From contig JBPQGU010000016.1 in assembly GCA_051362555.1 (NCBI GenBank), positions 868,001 through 932,000 of the forward strand: DNA of 64,000 nucleotides, read 5' to 3'. The DNA comes from Lingula anatina. Taxonomy: Eukaryota > Animalia > Brachiopoda. Of this stretch, positions 54,001 to 64,000 are shown in pieces. Under the pieces are notes generated by a model. The model was not told the origin of the DNA. It was given only the letters and a program-made list of their open reading frames with translations, and made no database searches. The translations under genes were made by a program, and so were the position numbers. Numbering within the stretch: the stretch's first letter is position 1; each line of letters begins with the position of its first letter.

Positions 54001-57000
54001 TCAATGTTACTATGTGCTTGTTATATCACAAGCAACAGTGAAGGATATATATATATATATATATATAATTGGAAGGTGGCTAAAACCAAGGTGCTTTCTG
54101 TGAATAAAGCTAAAATGAGCTTACGAATATAAAGATAATGAATCAACAATGTCATGTTCATGAAAACAGCTAAAAATAACTTTGAAAATAAGGGGAAGGG
54201 CAACCTAGGTGAGATTTATGGAAGCAGCTAAAATTAACTGGCAAAAATGAGGAAAAAGATGTTAAGAAGTCCTTGTTTGTGAAAATACCTAACTAAAAGT
54301 AACCTTGGAAAATAAGGGGAAGGGCAACATCAAGGTGATATCCATGACAGAAGCTAAAATCAACTTGAACACTTAAGAAAAAAACCTAAAAAAAATTCTG
54401 ATTTTAAAACCTATAACAGTTAAAATTCACTTGTAAAAAAAAAGTAATGGGCATCAAAACCCCTCCTCACATTTTACTTAAAGTTTATCGACAGAAAATA
54501 TTAGAAAGAACATCAACCCCACCTTCCCCCTACCTTAACCTCAACTCAATTCCTTCCTTGCTCTGAAAACTCAGTGTACTAAGGTTTTCTACTCACATTA
54601 TAAAACATGCCTTTATGATCATGAGTCCAAGCCATGCTGGAAAACTTCACCTTTTCCAGAGTGTCTGGAAGATCTTTACCAGTGGCAACCTCCTTGAACT
54701 GTAACGGGGATTTTCAAAATAAAGTATCCAAGAAAAGCAAAACCACTGTACTGTAACAAATAGTTTTGTATTAAACAACACGTCCTGTTTCTTATTTTTT
54801 TGCTTCTCTTTCATTCTTTTTATTTCTTATAATACAATAAAAATGTGTTTGTTTGTTTTTTTTTTACTTAAAAACAAAACTTTTCTTAATTGTTTATATA
54901 AATAACATTACTAGTACATGGAAATTAGTCTATTCAACAAATGATAAATACATAGTAATTTAAAGTTAAGATTTTCTGTTGTGTCCTTTTCACCATGGCA
55001 TTGATTTATTCAATCAAATTAAGTAACTCTATAAGGGGTCTACATGTATCTTCAAAGTGTACAAGGCAAACACATTATTTAATTTCGAGTTTAGATTGTC
55101 TTCTCTGAAAACAATATTATTAAGTAGTTGTTGCTAATTTAGAGCATAATTTCTTGCTACAACTGTCCAGACCCTAGTCTCATCACCTCAACAATAACAT
55201 AACCAATGACAAACAGATAGATGGCAGCACATGCTATAATCTTTACCTTTATAGTAATCCAATCAGAACCACTGTTACTTAGGCCATAGGCAAAATATTC
55301 CCCATTCTCTGAAAAGGCTGTGCCTCTAATAGAAAGGGTCCCATCTTCTGACAAAGCATTAGGATCGAGAAAAACTTTTGCTTCTGCTTCCAAGGACTCT
55401 TGGACGTAAAACACACTGAAAGTTTGATCAAAATGAATTTTAGAATGCTGAATAAACAAATAAACAAATAGACAGATAAGTTAAACATTCGCACTGATCT
55501 ATTACTGCCATTATTTGTGGGTACAGGCTTGTCACATCTCCTTTATAACTTTTAGACTGGGCTATTAAACTGGCTTTTTATAATCTGGTCCTTTTGATAT
55601 ACCATTTGTGGTTTAAATTAGTATTATTTTTTAGTCATTTACACACATACATGCACACACACCTACTAGTAAACACGTACACACTCGCACGCACACACAC
55701 ACACAGACACACCTACCTCTGATTTTGTAAGCCAGTGTTATAGTAGTAGAAATAGCGGTCTCCTTTCTTGGAAGGACAGCTATACTTTGGGTAGTCCCAC
55801 ATCTCTGTTATTCTGTAAAAACAAACAGCAGAGACTATCCTCAGAAATACAAAAATAATGCCAGTCAAATAACTTCACTTGATCACATGAAATAAAATGA
55901 GACAATAAATAACAACTTTGAAAAAAAAATTAATAAAAATTAATTATTTTGCATCAAAAAAATCTAAATCTGTAATCAATACATTTTATCAAGAGAAATG
56001 TTACCTATCCTTTCATTCAGTCTATTTTAACAAGGACTACAATAAATAAAGTAACATAATAATGATTGTCATAGTAGGTTAAACAGAGCTCTCTTTCATA
56101 AGCAAAACCCACCCCGTCTCACACCCAGCCCCCCAATTTTTTTCTCATTTCTCTATCATACCTCTCATTCAGCTTCTTCCTGATGGAACACTTGTCCAAG
56201 AAAGGCTCCGTGACTGCATTCTGAGCATCTACAAATTCCTTGGTCTCTTCAGCATCAGGATCTTCCATCCAGCCATAGGGGTCAGGAACCTACGGCATTA
56301 AATAATAATAAGAGATTTTCATGGGACGTTAAATAATAGATTCTCTATAGAAAACAAGGCTCAGCAGTTGGGGTCTGGGATTAACGTACTGTACTATATT
56401 AAACAAGATTATTCATAGAAAACTAGGCTTATACTACAGCAGTCAGGTTGGGAATTAACTTAATACATTAAACAATATATTCTCCATAGAAAACTAGACT
56501 CAGCAGTAGAGGATGGGAATGCATTAATCTAATACATTTAAAAACAGCTAGATTATTCCTAGAAAACTAGGCTAATAGTACTAATATTCTTGTAGCTGTG
56601 CTCACTTTTCAATTTATTCTAACAAATAACAGGTTAATTTGAGCTATGTAACAGAGAAGTTCTATCTGAATACATACTGGAGTACAGAAATTTGCAGAAC
56701 ATTTGATTTCATTTGACTGCAACATGCATGTACATGTTGATCAGGTATTGTACCATAATTTTCTGACCATGGATAAAAATGCAAAGATTTTCTGCTCATT
56801 TTTTTATTTCTAATTTATTTAATATTATTATTATTACTATAGCCAGGGCAAGATGGGCGGTTCGTTTAACACACCCCCCCCCCCCCACCCACCCACCCAC
56901 CCACCCTCTCCATTCCGACTCTGCAGTAAAGTGGCCGGTTGTTCGGCTGGTAGTCAAAATATTTCGATGGAAATGTCATATGATATCATTGATGAAAATG

Positions 57001-57312
57001 AATAACGGGTTTGACATCAGCATTATTTATGTTCTGCAGGACAAACAACTCCACGCTGTTTAATGTCATAAAGACTTTGCGTCAGCCAAATGCCTATCAA
57101 TATCGTCCACGCAATAGCCTCGAATTCGGTATATCACCCTCTTACAGGTGTTTTAAAAAAAGTCGTGAGAAAGAGGCCTTGCGGCGGTGTATAAGCAAAT
57201 TTTACGTTGCCATCGTCTATATTGGATACCAATAAGTGAGTGCCCCTACCTTTGTTCCATGGTAATCCTCCACGCTCGACTCGTCCCTTCTTGCTTTCGG
57301 GTACTGGAACAT
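26957..57312 (-). CDS. PREP: Prolyl endopeptidase (prolyl oligopeptidase, S9A), 20 exons
   Basis: Exons 57312-57250, 56289-56162, 55812-55717, 55415-55247, 54698-54597, 44452-44310, 43873-43758, 43206-43157, 42555-42460, 36760-36656, 35792-35688, 35282-35202, 31071-30958, 30453-30305, 29856-29740, 29385-29290, 28440-28339, 27952-27796, 27489-27421 and 27022-26957. Starts [30 protein letters not shown]. Contains YGYGGF, NIRGGGEYG and the catalytic motifs GGSNGG, DHDDRV and SGHGAGKP. Confidence 0.95.
31094..34581 (-). mobile_element. Non-autonomous Helentron (HINE/DINE-like) element carrying a satellite array
   Basis: 15-bp subterminal inverted repeats TATTGTACCACCAGC (31128-31142) / GCTGGTGGTACAATA (34566-34580). 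A palindrome next to the right sub-TIR, a (CCGGCGGAG)n microsatellite near 34478-34520, a hairpin GAGGCG-ATAC-CGCCTC and a CTAG-TT end at the left. No coding capacity. Confidence 0.8.
31290..33580. repeat. 146-bp tandem satellite, ~15-16 copies
   Basis: Unit aaagtaggtcaaaggtcaatttcaaggtcacatttagattgccagtatatgacttcc...; spurious ORFs recur at 438 and 584 bp spacing (3x and 4x 146). Confidence 0.95.
37130..42298 (-). mobile_element. Composite, rearranged HINE-like repeat region with ~160-bp tandem units
   Basis: Terminal hairpin TGTACAGACAC-ATCT-GTGTCTGTACA at ~42108 and ~42267, with a half copy at ~37603. Adjacent (GGCGAC)/(GGCATC) microsatellites, about six ~160-bp units at 41080-42030, and a ~630-bp duplication (37640-38270 versus 40455-41085). 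The left boundary is uncertain. Confidence 0.6.
38939..39175 (-). mobile_element. Short HINE/DINE-like element nested in the composite repeat
   Basis: AACTAG end, hairpin gcactttgagagtgc, and sub-TIRs CTCTGCCAAGG / CCTTGGCAGAG. Confidence 0.65.
43325..43802 (-). repeat. 55-bp tandem repeat copying the 3' end and splice donor of PREP exon 7
   Basis: About 8 units of ctggaagtgcctgtagatctacatagtacagctatatactcaccattaa; GTGAGT donors at 43757, 43702, 43647, 43592, 43533 and 43423. Confidence 0.9.
46610..46679 (+). ncRNA. tRNA-like Pol III unit in left TIR (Thr-TGT-like, 5-nt anticodon loop)
   Basis: Acceptor stem GGAGAGC/GCTCTCC; D arm GCTC-AGTGGTA-GAGC; anticodon arm TTCAC-CTTGT-GTGGA; variable loop AGGTC; T arm TTGGG-TTCGATT-CCCAA; then C and TTTT (46680-46683). 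Confidence 0.75.
47373..49232 (+). CDS. Transposon SWIM zinc finger + YqaJ/lambda-exonuclease-family protein (~619 aa)
   Basis: Intact ORF after a ttttag acceptor at 47360. SWIM motif [13 protein letters not shown]; YqaJ motifs [34 protein letters not shown] and YYEQVQ. Confidence 0.9.
   Translation: MKTKSKTEEDTVTLQPRSCTEVFALKAETLKKLCLKHQIAVHYPKKARCIFLCDILGLSTTGFKTKDSLLHPGVKLSDEQFQEFHQNVSPQKLCTRNDFSTNLLNIPDIDVSDIKRYLLNTEVITADCARTYKLSRPYQLKDSVHSVRYSQCSDLKFFSIIRAYCNASQSTNSEDVKVVFVVINKINAIPCGGFCTCSVGYSLTCGHIGATLFRVADLVASGVKEDITASTSLLCEWLEPKGSSASPSLLSHLPIKKNVSSMQRTPDDYGQVIRQQKPPSKDDILKLRASLFNATHHIGQYCPAVHLLGANLHNANKIPDSILFDTHLENDNSILFDNEVTVTALPLPIFDHPHNCDYDADACINDQVENFVKSIKFSENEIHQIEESTRGQRENPEWHQQRRGAVTASRMGSILRTFEKQKPPCKSVITAIMGRECSEDNIPYTTVPSLKWGISNEKKARDQYLRQQKKQHTNLSINEKGLVVAEDYPYIRGSPDGIITCSCHSERVLEIKCPYSCRNMMVKDAIKCGKIRYLDGNFMLKPFSTEGYYEQVQALMYILKLNKCEFVIWTNVDMMVIEVGYNAEFCQKKLLPGCVSFFKQYIVPNILSWNNKNKMPKMC
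50752..52677 (-). CDS. THAP-domain Harbinger-type DDE transposase (~486 aa, two exons)
   Basis: Exon 52677-52470 encodes THAP (CCVPGC..FYQFP..W..RICSVHF) and splices in phase 1 to 52004-50752. The second exon has a coiled coil, an HTH-like region ([20 protein letters not shown]) and catalytic ILDCTE, SDRGF and RIHVERII. Confidence 0.9.
52991..53060 (-). ncRNA. tRNA-like Pol III unit in right TIR (identical inverted copy)
   Basis: Reverse complement of 46610-46679, with the T-run at 52990-52987. Confidence 0.75.
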
Positions 57313-57929
57313 ATTCGGAATGCTAACGAAGCGAAACTGAAGAAAGACCAAAAAGAAAACAATGCACAGATGCTGAACTCTTCGGCAACCTCTTCGATCG
57401 AGAATCATGCAGGGGACGACGAACAGACAGAAGCAGGAAAGGTCCCACGGGACTGACGCTATTAATGAATTATGCTCATCAGTGTTGCTCATATCCCCCA
57501 GATATTATCTATAATCATCCCCAATCCATTACATATTCATTATATATGCCATGTCGGGATTTTCAAGAAAGGCTTACATACTTTAGGAACATATCATTTA
57601 CAAAAGTCTTGAAAAATGCAGACCTTTCACCAAGGAGGGAATTCCAAATCACAACCAACCAATCATAAAATGGACTTGATGACGTCACTGGACGTAAGGT
57701 TTCTATAAATAGAACACAAACAGTGAGTATATAAAAGGTGGACATTTAATTTATTGATCGTAATACATATATTGGAGAGGATATTCCTCCGTTTTGCAAT
57801 GATTTGTACGTTGCAGGTGACTTGCGAATAGTAAAGGACGTTCTTGAAGTATTATGAAGGAGCTTCGAGCCAGTAGCACCTAGTAAGGGAATCGATGCTT
57901 CGATCTGCAAATAATTTTCACAACACAAC
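57313..57929. promoter_or_regulatory. Divergent promoter region between PREP and RNF217-like gene
   Basis: About 620 bp between divergent ATGs. Full CRE TGACGTCA at 57680-57687, CCAAT near 57659, TATA-like motifs near 57704 and 57730, and kB-like GGGAATTCC at 57637. Confidence 0.55.
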
Positions 57930-60900
57930 ATGGCCGACACGAGTTGTATGAAGAAGGTTACTAACGCTGTTGACTCGCTACCCGAAGGTCATTTGAAATA
58001 TGAGACATCGTCAGCGGATTCGTCTTATGATAGTTTTCCCTTCTGGCATTTGTCGCCAGATTTATTTTCGAGCAGGTTAAGTGTGACAGAGAATTTAGAT
58101 TCAGATAAAGATGAAATACATCCTGGTTCGAATAACAGAAAATCAGAAGGGAATTTCGCCAAGTCTGCAAGCAACACATCACCAAGAAAGAAAAAGAGAG
58201 GCAAAGTAAGAAAGGCAAGTCGGACAAAAACACAAGGTTTTGTAAACACAGTGTCAGAAATGAACGCCACTGTGACTGATTCAACCGTCACGTCCTCTGA
58301 ACAAGATGGCCCGCCTGCTTTGGGTGGCTTACATAGGCAATTAATGGAAGAAATTGAACGCTTTGACTCCAAAACTTTAACTCACCCACGTGGTTCTTTC
58401 AGAACCAACCCTTGTGGATCTTTCAGGCGTATGGGCCCGTTTGGTTGTATCATAAAAGTACCCCATGAGCCAGAAGGGAGCATATCTAGCACCGAGGCAT
58501 GGGACACAGACTGGGACAGCGACGGGTGGGACAACAGTCCCGAAGATGACGACACTTTGATCCCTGACCTTGAGGCAGCTGCCCAGCAGCTACAGATGTT
58601 ATTGGCCAGAGAAGATTTGGCTGAAGAGATGGGGTGGGGGCTGCGAGAAAACCACCCCGCCAAACCCCCTTTTCCCCTGGGGCCATTACAGACCACCGAG
58701 TGTATGGTGTGCTTTGACACACGCGACCTTCACCTACGCCATTGCTGTCAGCTGCCTGTCTGCAATGAATGTTTGAAAGAATATTTCAGAACCCAAGTGG
58801 AGCAGGCCAATGTTAAACTGGGTTGCGTCAACCCGAGCTGTGATGCCTATGTCCACAGAGATGAGATCATTTTCATGTTAGAGCCTGAAATGAAGGACAA
58901 ATTCTACCGCTTTCTCGTCGATGCAAACAAAGAGCCTCATGTCAAAACTTGCCCGCGCTGCAGCAAGATCATGACTCTAAAAAAGGAAGACTTGACACAA
59001 TCCAAGTCGATGAAAGCAGGGTACTCTGTCACCTGTTCGGAGTGCCACCTAGTGTGGTGTTTTCCATGCCAGGCCCCATGGCACGAAGGCGTAACGTGCA
59101 AGCAGTTTAAGAAAGGAGACAAGCTGCTACGACAATGGGCCAAAGAGTACCATTATGGTCAACCCAATGCTAAGAGGTGTCCTAGCTGTAAGGTAAGATT
59201 AAAATTATTGGAGTATTAGGTGGGGAAAGGAGGGGGGGGGAGAATGAATAAAAAAATCCATGCATATGTACCTGAAAAGTGCCCCAGCAGCACTATTTGG
59301 AATATTATCTGGGGAAAGTGGGGGGGGGGGGGGGGTGTTGACTAAAAAAAAAATCCCTGCACAGTCCAGTGACCAAGCTGCAAAGTGGGTTTTGAATTAT
59401 TTGGAGTATAATCTAGGGAACAAGTATTGAATTCAATAAAATGTTTGCACATGTATCTGAAAGGTGACCCCGCTGCAAGGTGGGTTTAAATGGAATATTA
59501 TCTGGAGATGATGGGATGTTGGGGGGGGGGGGGGGGGGGTATTAGTAAATCCAAAAAATTATCCTGTATGCAAGTTATCTAGACAAAAAATCAGGTCTGT
59601 ACCTTGTGGGGGAGGGGGGGTTAAGAAATAACTGCCCTTTCAATCAGAAAAGATCGGCTCTAAATCAGGGTTTGATATTGGTTGTTGGTTCTATGCCATT
59701 TCGAGAGTTGTACCAATTGTAGGTAAAAAAAGTCAACTTTTTCAAAAATAAAAAAATAGAGACCCCATTGAAATTGCTCATGTATAGACCTGAATTTTGT
59801 ATTCATGAATAAGTTTAAATATATACAATAAGGCAAATTTATCTATTCACATGAATTACCCATTGTGGTATTTTTAGCTTTAATTTTCTGATTATCCATT
59901 AAAGGTAAAAGGAAACGACCTGAATTCTCCTTAAAATTTGTATCCATTGTGTCAATTTCTTCATTTCCAGCAATTGTGGCATTATAACAACTGGTAATTT
60001 GATATAACGTACAAATATTAGGTCAAATTCTTTTGAAAAACTGCTTGTGACATAAGGAAATAAGGAAGTAAAATAAAACAGGTAACCTCAAGATCTCAGG
60101 TGTGCCCAAGACCTCGAATTGCAATTAACATTATCCATTGGGGGGGGGGGGGGGGGGGGGGTACCTCCAAAACAGCGGTTATCACCATTATTTTGGAATC
60201 TGTACTTGCCATTGGACCACGTGACCTCGATAGGTGGCTACCCTCTGTAAAAATCTCTTATAAGATTATTGCAAAAAAGCAAACTTTTTAGGAAAAAAAA
60301 AAAAAAAAAACGGGGACTAACTTGGAATGTTTGTACTGAAAATTGTCATTTATCTAAGGAAAATCATTTTTGGCCAAAATGAACAGTTGTTTTTTCCTTG
60401 AAGCACATTTACTGGCAGTCAATTTTCAGTTATAAATACACTTTTGTCCAGAGTAAGAGCTGATGTTCAGATCTAGTATACAAGTTAAGTCATCTAAGCC
60501 TCAGAAATTTTAAAGACTTCTTGTGAAGTATGCTCTAATCAGGTCTGTACATTTAAATGAGTTTTTGAACATGATGACATAGGAATCTTTTTGGTGTCTT
60601 TCTGATGAACTCAGTTTATGATATGTTGGTATTAACTGATTGGTGATTGATTAATTAAATACAATCTGTTTTGCTCACTGGATTAGACACACATGATTTG
60701 CAGGACTGATAAATTAACTGTCACTGTGATACCAGTACAATTGTCAAGTCACACTGGAGAAATTTGATATCATTTCTGCTATCTCCGCACTCCTATTTAT
60801 AGTACAGTACTCATGTTTTGAAATTTGTTGATCATGTATTCTTCTGCAGAAGGACAATATGGTATTTGCTCAAAAAGTTTGAATCAGTTTGATTTTTAAA

Positions 60901-61815
60901 ATTGTGATTTATGCATTCTGAAGTCCTGAAACTAATGTTTATTATAAATTGAAAATATTGATATATAATGAAAATATATATTGTTGAAATTGTGTTGAAA
61001 ACTCGAGTTAATTTGAACAGATTTGAAAAGGTAATTTTCCAAATATTTTATGTTTACGTAACACCTGAAAAAAAAAGATAATAAAATATTCTCAAAACTT
61101 TGGTTTTTTATGAGTAGCACCTGCATAGGATTTTTTTTTTCTTAAATTTACCTGAAACAAAAGATAAGGAAGGAGAGAATATAATTGAAATGAATGAAGT
61201 ACCATAAAATACAATAAACATACAATATCTCATTTGTAACTTAGATCCAGGGACATGTACACATAGGGATATTTCATGCAATAACAGGAACTCAGAGTCT
61301 ACATCCTAATAAGATTCTATAGAGTGCACTTAGCACCTGACAACACACTTACTGTACTAGGACAGTGCAATTTCACACTAGAGAGCTTTATAATTTGACG
61401 TAACAGGGGCCCTGAGTTAAATATTCCAAGAAGTCTTCATTCCTGGAGGACTTGTCGTCTAGGTCTGTTTGTTAGTCTGCCATTTCAATATGCACTCATT
61501 GCAGGTAAACTCGGGACATGGCAGATGTTATTTTATAAATATAATAGTTAACTAATGAAGATGTCCCGGAACAGGCCCCATGCAGTTCATTTGGGGATTT
61601 AACATACAGGGTTGAAAAGGGTCCCTTGTTAATTAGTGGTGTTAATTGGTCTGTTTCTGTCTAAAATTAGTCTGTTTTCTGTCTGAAATTATTCCGTTTT
61701 CTGTCAGAGTTTTCCCCTGTGTGAGCATTCTCTCAGGTTGGAATACACACATACACACACATGTAAACACACAAACATGCTCTTTCTTTCTCTGTCTGAC
61801 AATTACACATACTAG

Positions 61816-61858
<43 letters not shown>

Positions 61859-62372
61859 CCATTGAGTGCTTGCCATTGATAGAGCTTTGACTTATACTTG
61901 TTTTTGCTTGTGCTGAGAGAGGTTCAGCATGTTAAAATTTTTTTATCTTATTCACTAAGATAATGCCAAAATAAACCTTGTCATGTTACATGATAATGTT
62001 GTCACGTTGAAAAATACAGTGTGGTGAATGTGTTTATTCCAGCTGATGATGTTACAGCAGCTTTTTGGTGGGGGTAAACTGTATTTATTGATTTCTGGCA
62101 GATCTCCCTTACAGTACCTGAATGGCTGTTAACTCTGTTTTTAACGCTTATTTAATCACAACAATACTAGTACAAGTAAGTACTAGTACTATAAATCTTG
62201 GAAGGGTTTTATCAGTAAAGAGGAGAAGTAATGCTTTTTTTAAATAGATACTCATAATAATAGATGACGTGTGAATAGATACTCCTAAACAAAAAACTTA
62301 TGGCTCCATTCAAAATAACTACGTACAACTGTGTCAAACCATACAATGACACTTCCTAGTCATCACCAGCAA

Positions 62373-62410
<38 letters not shown>

Positions 62411-64000
62411 TAATATCTTTCTTAGTTACAGAGATATATATCGCGGAGTGATCACTATCTAATAAGACAGATTTACAAAACAGCAAAATTAATGATATAC
62501 TAGTAAATGCTGTGTGTAGGGAGAGGCACCTGTGGTGGTAAATAAAGCCAAAAGGGAGTTCTTACCCAGTAGGTATTTATTTTTATTGTGATAGTTATTT
62601 CATATAAAAGAAAGGGGAAACTACCCAAATATAGGCCTTCAGTTATAATGTATCAAACCCGAATGTATCAAATCTTTAAGGGACAATTTTGTGAGACTTA
62701 GGCATGGAAAAAGTCAAGTGCACACATTTTTAGTCCACAGAAAACACCCAGGTAAAGAAGGGCTTGATTCACAATGCAGCTCTATTCACACCAGATTTAA
62801 TTTAGACAGGAAATTTTCTTATTGTCATTACAAAGCAATCTGGATTCACGATACAATTCATTCATTTGAATATTCTCAGTGAATACATAACTAGAAAAAA
62901 AAAACATGAGTAGAGGCAAATTGAATACACCATGAAAAGCATAAAAACATAAAACATACTGGTACTGAACACACAAAGGAATAGTTTGAGTTATTTAAGA
63001 CCAAAGTACAAGGATATGACACAATATTTGACAATAGACTGCCATAAAAGCACAACTGGATAGAATTTGTGACTCTTCCAATACAGGCTGTAAGATTAAG
63101 AGATGTGACTCGGGCTGCAGTTTTATGGTAATTTATCACAAATTTTGAACACCATACTTTTCTTCCAAACATTATCAGAATTACAGGATATCATTATGGT
63201 TTTTAAAACTACTCACATAAAAAAAACAATCTTTTTCAATTGATATTGACCCACCTCATTATTTTTCTAACACACATTTTAGGTAAATTAAATAATTAAC
63301 CTTAAAAAAAAAGAAATTATATGATTTATGGATTTTGTTCAAAATTAGAGAATAAGTACCATTAAATATTGACAATTCAGTGACTTGCATCATCAGAATA
63401 CTGACTTCTGGAAAGAAAAAAATGATTATGGGATTTCTTGGTATGCGACTTGTCTGCAATGGGGGGTTGAGTACAGTATGCAGTTTTTATGGTCATAAAT
63501 GTTCCTATTATTTTGTTATATAGCTTGTACTAATGTAAAAGGCATGCGCCATCCTTTTGAAATAAAGGAACTATCACAATAACCCCTGCTAAAAAATGCC
63601 AGTTGTATGCAAAACAAAGAATTTATATATACCCGTATCTGTTCACTTGGTTTATTCATGGTGATAATTACTGTAACTAAGATATTATTCATGGTGATAG
63701 CAAAAATTGGGCCCCAAATCTCTCTCTCTCTCTCTCTCTCTTTCTCTTTCTCTTTTAAGTGTGAAAATAGTTTATGATGGTTGGCAAAAACTAAGTGGCG
63801 AGGACCCTAGAAAATGTTTCATTTGTTTTTTATGTGCCAGAATCATGTCAACAGTGGAGTTGGTTTAACCTGTGTTATCTGCATATTATATGTTTTTGTA
63901 TTATATTGATTTGAAATCTATTTTGGCTATCAGTTACACATGTAAGACTTTTCTCTCTCTATTTCAGATTTTCATCCAACGTACAACGGGATGTGATCAC
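57930..64000 (+). CDS. RNF217: RBR (RING-IBR-RING) E3 ubiquitin ligase, RNF217-like; partial
   Basis: Exon 1 (57930-59192) encodes RING1 (CMVC..HCC..VCNEC..CVNPSC), IBR (CPRC..CSECHLVWCFPCQAPWHEGVTC) and GQPNAKRCPSCK. The next exon from 63968 reads IFIQRTTGCDH, the RING2 catalytic Cys motif, resembling RNF217. Confidence 0.85.

Noticed and set aside
54060-56580. Degenerate ~60-75-bp tandem units at 54060-54400 and 56297-56580
   Set aside because: Old, low-identity intronic minisatellites with no termini, coding or structural signal.
57961-59143. Several antisense ORFs over RNF217 exon 1
   Set aside because: Shadow frames of a GC-richer coding exon with no independent motifs.

Overview
AT-rich, intron-rich animal genomic DNA, probably a lophotrochozoan such as a mollusc (inferred from gene and repeat style). 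I reconstructed five host genes by hand from GT-AG junctions. They are an intronless LRR/Toll-like receptor ectodomain running off the left edge (-), peflin-like PEF1 (-), NPC1 (+; 21 shared exons and two alternative last exons), prolyl endopeptidase PREP (-; 20 exons) and an RNF217-like RBR E3 ligase (+; runs off the right edge). PEF1/NPC1 and PREP/RNF217 are head-to-head pairs. PREP introns hold Helentron/HINE-like elements with satellite cores and a young ~8 kb ISL2EU-type (PIF/Harbinger-related) DNA transposon nested in a small MITE. The transposon encodes a THAP-DDE transposase and a SWIM-YqaJ exonuclease in convergent orientation. The most striking signal is its 853-bp near-identical TIRs. 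Each carries an inward-facing promoter-like region with a splice donor and a complete tRNA-shaped Pol III unit whose anticodon loop is shortened to 5 nt. A second recurring pattern is tandem 'echo' copies of exon-intron junctions projecting into introns of four genes. All calls are by eye; no searches were run.
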